DNA of 64,000 nucleotides from a virus (Duplodnaviria; Heunggongvirae; Uroviricota; Caudoviricetes): IMG/VR virus record IMGVR_UViG_3300046047_000272; one strand, 5' to 3'. Shown piece by piece: positions 60,406 to 64,000 of this stretch (position 1 is its first letter; each line of letters starts with the position of its first letter). The notes under the pieces were generated by a model. It saw only the letters and a program-made list of their open reading frames with translations, ran no database searches and was not told where the DNA came from. The position numbers and the translations under genes were made by a program.

Positions 60406-61281
60406 TTAGAAGGCTATGACTAATCTCAGCCGGCAATGATCGTCTAATCTGATGTTATATGAGAGGGACTCGATGTCTGTTAACAATTTGATGAGACTCC
60501 TACTGCTCTTACCAGTCGTAATGACCGTCTTATCAGACGCCTCATGATGACGAGCATCTGGTATGGCTATGATGGCATCACGTTCCTGTTGATCATATGC
60601 ACTCATGATGGCCGTTGGTTTTGATCCTAGCCATGAAAGACTTGATGATCCTTGAACGAGCCATTGGCCATTGTTCTTGGTCATATGAGCAGACCAGGCA
60701 TTAGCATAACAGCGTTTGACGCCATGATGTCGTAAGGTCTTCCAATCGATGGTCTTCGTTCTGATGAGATCGTATAATCCTACGCTGACCATTTTATGCA
60801 TTAACTCGTGTTGATCGTTCAGTCCTTCTGACCATTCTGCAAGATGCTCTAATCCTCCAGAATAGGCAATGAGATCCTTTTGTATATTCGATGTGATGAT
60901 TGATCGTTCATCAGACCACCATTCTGGTTGATGCATCAGTGAATCCTGTGATGGCGACCATACTGGCTCGAAGATGATTGGATTACCTGTCTTCTTATGA
61001 TCGGTAATCATATTCATGAGAGCATGTCTGATAATCATGAGTGATGATGCGTATTCTTGCCGACCAGGACCGTGATTGATAGTGAAAGCCATCTTGTCAT
61101 TAGCTGATAGCACTGGTTGTATCGATGTGTCTTCTAACCATTGCTCTGCCTCATTCATGGTCGGCCAGTGAATCATGACCCGCCCGCGCTCATCGTGATG
61201 ATATCGACATGATGTTGGGTCCTTCGCTCTGCAGGGAACTACTTGACCATGAAAGACCACCCACGCAACATTCTTCCTCAT
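60406..61281 (-). CDS. Hypothetical protein with an N-terminal CxxxDPTxCxYH motif.
   Basis: N-terminus VVPCRAKDPTSCRYHHDERG, shared with the 53283..53555 protein. Confidence 0.45.
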   Translation of the reverse strand: MRKNVAWVVFHGQVVPCRAKDPTSCRYHHDERGRVMIHWPTMNEAEQWLEDTSIQPVLSANDKMAFTINHGPGRQEYASSLMIIRHALMNMITDHKKTGNPIIFEPVWSPSQDSLMHQPEWWSDERSIITSNIQKDLIAYSGGLEHLAEWSEGLNDQHELMHKMVSVGLYDLIRTKTIDWKTLRHHGVKRCYANAWSAHMTKNNGQWLVQGSSSLSWLGSKPTAIMSAYDQQERDAIIAIPDARHHEASDKTVITTGKSSRSLIKLLTDIESLSYNIRLDDHCRLRLVIAF

Positions 61282-61362
61282 AGTTTATAGATATGGAATA
61301 ACCGCTTTGACACTCATCGTGTGATGATTAATCCGTGTAATGATTATTTTTTATATAGTTTT

Positions 61363-61386
61363 TATCGTTGCTATGGCAACGTTTCT
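61363..61386. promoter_or_regulatory. Inverted repeat (cgttgc tatgg caacg) in an AT-rich divergent promoter region.
   Basis: Palindrome seen in the 61300..61490 AT-rich intergenic region between divergent genes. Confidence 0.3.
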
Positions 61387-61499
61387 GAGGTTCTTCATAA
61401 ATTTTATTGGTGCATATGGTTGCATATCCTGTAGATGTATGTTATATTCATTATGTTAATTCATTTACGAACAATGGTTGTCTATTAAGGAGGTGTCTG

Positions 61500-61652
61500 A
61501 TGATGGTAATGTCATTACGATCAACGATCATATCGGAGCCTGGACAATCATTGCGTCATAATCATCAAGCAGATTGGTCACTGTCCATTAATCCTATGAG
61601 TGGAAAATCCTGCTTCGGTGATCCTAAGTATAGGTTTGAGATCGTGGAATGA
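61500..61652 (+). CDS. Small hypothetical protein (50 aa).
   Basis: AAGGAGG ribosome-binding site 5 nt before ATGATG. Followed by an 11-bp stem hairpin at 61673..61707. Confidence 0.3.
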   Translation: MMVMSLRSTIISEPGQSLRHNHQADWSLSINPMSGKSCFGDPKYRFEIVE

Positions 61653-61735
61653 ATCGTTAAGTAATATAAGATTTAAGGCCCGATCCTCATGATGGAGATC
61701 GGGCCTTACGATATGTTAGCATGCATTATGCATAA

Positions 61736-61808
61736 CGAGATGAGGGAAGATAGGTAATCCGCCTGTTTCGGGAACAGGAGAAAGCGAGTTCGAATCTCGC
61801 CGTCTCGA
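61736..61808 (+). tRNA. tRNA-Pro: tRNA-Pro (anticodon CGG).
   Basis: Manual cloverleaf. Acceptor cgagatg/cgtctcg (one G-U pair). Anticodon stem cctgt/acagg, loop ttCGGga. T-arm gcgag-ttcgaat-ctcgc. Discriminator A. Confidence 0.75.
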
Positions 61809-61984
61809 CGCGCCGGTGACGACACAGTCTACACGATGTGTTATTATTGGTTGTGTTGCACTTGAGTAACACGAATAATTGAAGAGATCACGGTCATAAC
61901 GACACGCCAGTGATGACACGATTCACATCATGTGTTATTATGAATTGTGTTGCGCTTGAGTAACATTGATAATTGAAAAGATAA

Positions 61985-62058
61985 CGGCTATTAGGAAAGC
62001 TTGGGAATCCGCCTGCTTTGGGAGCAGGAGACCGTCAGTTCGAATCTGACATAGCCGA
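61985..62058 (+). tRNA. tRNA-Pro: tRNA-Pro (anticodon TGG).
   Basis: Acceptor cggctat/atagccg perfect. Anticodon loop ttTGGga. T-arm gtcag-ttcgaat-ctgac. Confidence 0.8.
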
Positions 62059-62152
62059 CGATGATCATCGAGGTCATCGCGACACGCCGAGATTGACAGC
62101 CAAGGCAAGTCACGATAGGATGATCACATAACTTAACGAGGATGGCAGTTCA

Positions 62153-62545
62153 TTACTGCGGGAGATGTATGCGACGGTCACGATACCGGAATGTTAAAGA
62201 ATTATCGTGTTTGGTCACCATGACCACATGATTGTCATCATGTGAGCACGTGACGGAGCGCCTGAACACAGGATCGAGCATGGGGAAGACATCGCCCTTA
62301 CTAACCGATGGTGGCAACACCTGACGAGGATTACCTTGTATTCCGAGCACGCGATGATAACCCATGAGCGGGACACCAACGTCATTCATGAAACACTGAC
62401 GGCCCGTAGTCATTAAACAAGTTTCTTCAGATGAATCACATACGCAATCATACCAGTCATCATGATGGCATGAGAGCTGACCAATCAGGACGAATGATCC
62501 TGACCAATGATGAGAACAGCATGATCTCATCAGGGTATCGACCAT
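62153..62545 (-). CDS. Cys/His-rich hypothetical protein inside the tRNA cluster (possible zinc-binding or nuclease-like protein). Low confidence.
   Basis: 130-aa ORF between tRNA genes. CCSHHW...CHHDDWYDCVCD cluster. Weak ribosome-binding site. Confidence 0.3.
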   Translation of the reverse strand: MVDTLMRSCCSHHWSGSFVLIGQLSCHHDDWYDCVCDSSEETCLMTTGRQCFMNDVGVPLMGYHRVLGIQGNPRQVLPPSVSKGDVFPMLDPVFRRSVTCSHDDNHVVMVTKHDNSLTFRYRDRRIHLPQ

Positions 62546-62582
62546 GCCGCCCGCCGGTGAGCGTTAGCACCGGCATCTTTAT

Positions 62583-62671
62583 TGGCTTATCGGCAAGAGG
62601 CATGCCAACGCACTGTTAATGCGTCAGAATCCCGTAAAAGGGTGTCGCAGGTTCGAGTCCTGCTAAGCCAG
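62583..62671 (+). tRNA. Type-II (long variable arm) tRNA with anticodon GTT. It has a Ser-like body (G73 discriminator) carrying an Asn-reading anticodon.
   Basis: Perfect 7-bp acceptor tggctta/taagcca. 4-bp D stem. Anticodon stem acgca/tgcgt with loop ctGTTaa. 22-nt variable arm with a ccc/ggg stem. T-arm gcagg-ttcgagt-cctgc. Discriminator G. Confidence 0.6.
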
Positions 62672-63064
62672 CTATGTCGTAGCAATACGGCAGAAGCATA
62701 TGCAGTTCGGTATGCTAGGGCAAGGTCCGATACTCCTTTGTTAGCGTATCCTTTACCGTATGATCCATTTCCAGTTTGAGAGCGAGTTGTTCTCAAAAGG
62801 TCATATGGTTTTTGCTAAGAAAGATTCGATCCTCCTCCTTTGTTTGGTGATTTTCCCGTATGACCTGTATCAGTTGAGAGTAAGTCGTCCTCAAAAGGTC
62901 ATACGGTTTTTGCTCAGGCAAGGTTCAATACTGTTCAGTTTCCTTTTCGTGACTGACTTGTTTTGGTGTTGTTTTGTTCTAAAGTAGTATTGATCACATG
63001 ATTACATCACCATTGTGAGCAAGAGGATAAGTTCTATTGCTCACAATGCATCATGTGGTCGTTT

Positions 63065-63135
63065 GTCTTTATAGTTCAACGGTAGAACTGCTGACTCTTA
63101 ATCAGTAAATCGGGGTTCGATTCCCCGTGGGGACA
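63065..63135 (+). tRNA. tRNA-Lys: tRNA-Lys (anticodon CTT).
   Basis: Acceptor gtcttta/tggggac (three G-U pairs). D-arm gttc-aacggta-gaac. Anticodon loop ctCTTaa. T-arm cgggg-ttcgatt-ccccg. Confidence 0.65.
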
Positions 63136-63483
63136 CGGTACGCGTAATGTAAGCTAAGGGACGCCAATGGCTTACATGGTTACATTGATAATCGCGTGCA
63201 ATGACGAGGTGTAGGTGACCTGTGACCACCTTGTCATCATATCAATACGATTAACGGAGTATAGCTTGTCCGATAATCTATGTGAACCGTGCATCTATTC
63301 TGCATCTCGCGTAGGACACATCGCATACACTATGGAACATATCCGAAGCATCAAATGCCTCCAGTGATTAACTCCTATTATCGCAGACATACATGGTTAA
63401 TGATATTGAGAAGAGCCTCATTGAGGAACGGTAAGATCCCGTGCTTGCTGATCTGTTGACAACAGTGCACTTGCCAACATCAT

Positions 63484-63557
63484 GCTCCTATGGCGAAAAT
63501 GGTTATCGCAGCGGACTTTTAATCCGTGGGTTGAGAGTTCGAATCTCTCTGGGAGCA
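63484..63557 (+). tRNA. tRNA-Lys: tRNA-Lys (anticodon TTT).
   Basis: Acceptor gctccta/tgggagc. Anticodon stem gcgga/tccgt, loop ctTTTaa. T-arm gagag-ttcgaat-ctctc. Confidence 0.75.
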
Positions 63558-63848
63558 CTTAACATGTTGGTATTGGATACGTACAGGAATTCATGATTCC
63601 ACGGCGTGTCCTCCTGTTACGATGTGTTATAATAATTCTTGTAATTATTCATTACTTGATTATTGGTTCCTGATTAAGGCATCAGGTGTTCGCGGTGAGC
63701 GAACGAATTATCCGTTCGAATCGGATAGGAATCACGCAGTATCAGTAGGCTTTGAGTTAGCAGCATAGTTTAAGTACTATCATGGTTAGGCGTGACCACT
63801 AACGAGCTGAACGCTATAGCGTCCTTGTGAGTGCAATGCTCACATTAT

Positions 63849-63930
63849 GCCTTTATGGTGGAATTGGTAGACACGACTGACTTAAAATCAGTTTCCGTGA
63901 GGAGTCTCGGTTCGAGTCCGAGTAGAGGCA
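63849..63930 (+). tRNA. tRNA-Leu: tRNA-Leu (anticodon TAA), type II.
   Basis: Acceptor gccttta/tagaggc. Anticodon stem actga/tcagt, loop ctTAAaa. 13-nt variable arm. T-arm ctcgg-ttcgagt-ccgag. Discriminator A. Confidence 0.8.
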
Positions 63931-64000
63931 CAGGTTATGAGAAATACTAGTATACTGTCTCATAATGCTTGGAATGATGCATCTTTCCAGGTCTTACCGA

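Noticed and set aside
61716..61919. 67-aa minus-strand ORF.
   Set aside because: It overlaps the well-formed tRNA-Pro(CGG) gene and its repeated spacer. No ribosome-binding site.
63665..63734. tmRNA or a full tRNA-His at the T-arm-containing segment.
   Set aside because: No tmRNA-like 5' acceptor, resume-codon or tag-peptide region could be identified. The D-arm and anticodon loop are non-canonical, so it is reported only as a tRNA-like pseudogene candidate.
1..64000. Alternative genetic code (stop-codon reassignment), as seen in some huge phages.
   Set aside because: Long conserved genes (nrdE, dnaX, tnpB, the topA halves, flotillin) are intact in the standard code. Their stops coincide with the expected protein ends. 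The only anomaly (topA) is a frame change, not an in-frame stop.

Overview
The window reads as a segment of a large phage-like genome, probably infecting a high-GC Gram-positive (actinobacterial) host. The evidence is: about 45% GC, strong AAGGAGG-type ribosome-binding sites, many overlapping ATGA gene junctions, a T4-like dNMP kinase, polynucleotide kinase/ligase and kinase/phosphatase genes, class Ib ribonucleotide reductase nrdI-nrdE, a 3' tRNA cluster, and a high fraction of acidic Asp/Met/His-rich hypothetical proteins. No capsid, terminase or integrase genes are visible in this window.

Coding content, grouped:
- Cell surface: a 5'-truncated LPXTG-type surface adhesin with Cna-B/SdrD-like repeats; a signal-peptide pilin with a Cna-B E-box followed by a class C sortase; a VKOR-family thiol oxidoreductase.
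- Membrane/envelope: a LemA protein, a TelA-like protein, and a minus-strand membrane operon that includes flotillin and an NfeD-like protein.
- Nucleic-acid metabolism: an IS605-family TnpB insertion with a sharply higher GC; nrdI-nrdE with no nrdF in the window; a topoisomerase I encoded as two ORFs meeting at an SD-preceded ATGA junction; a DnaX-like clamp-loader ATPase; translation factor IF-3 with a GTG/ATT start.
- RNA repair and anti-defence candidates: a CCA-enzyme-like HD domain protein, a small alarmone (ppGpp) hydrolase-like HD protein, and NADAR plus Nudix-like genes.
- Other: a CHAP-domain secreted peptidoglycan hydrolase, a 946-aa GHKL-superfamily ATPase, an AAA ATPase, and a TM2-domain protein.

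Non-coding content:
- Repeat family A (about 105 bp) and family B (about 90 bp) occur three times as composite B-hairpin-A units of roughly 300 bp, plus solo copies. The hairpin between B and A shows compensatory base changes across copies.
- Repeat family C is an exact 131-bp element bounded by AGATCT with a 14-bp hairpin. Its three copies all sit at gene ends.
- Several strong intergenic hairpins are annotated as terminators.
- The tRNA cluster holds Pro(CGG), Pro(TGG), Lys(CTT), Lys(TTT) and Leu(TAA), one unusual type-II tRNA with a GUU anticodon, and repeated inter-tRNA spacers.

All functional calls rest on motif recognition by eye. No database searches were run.
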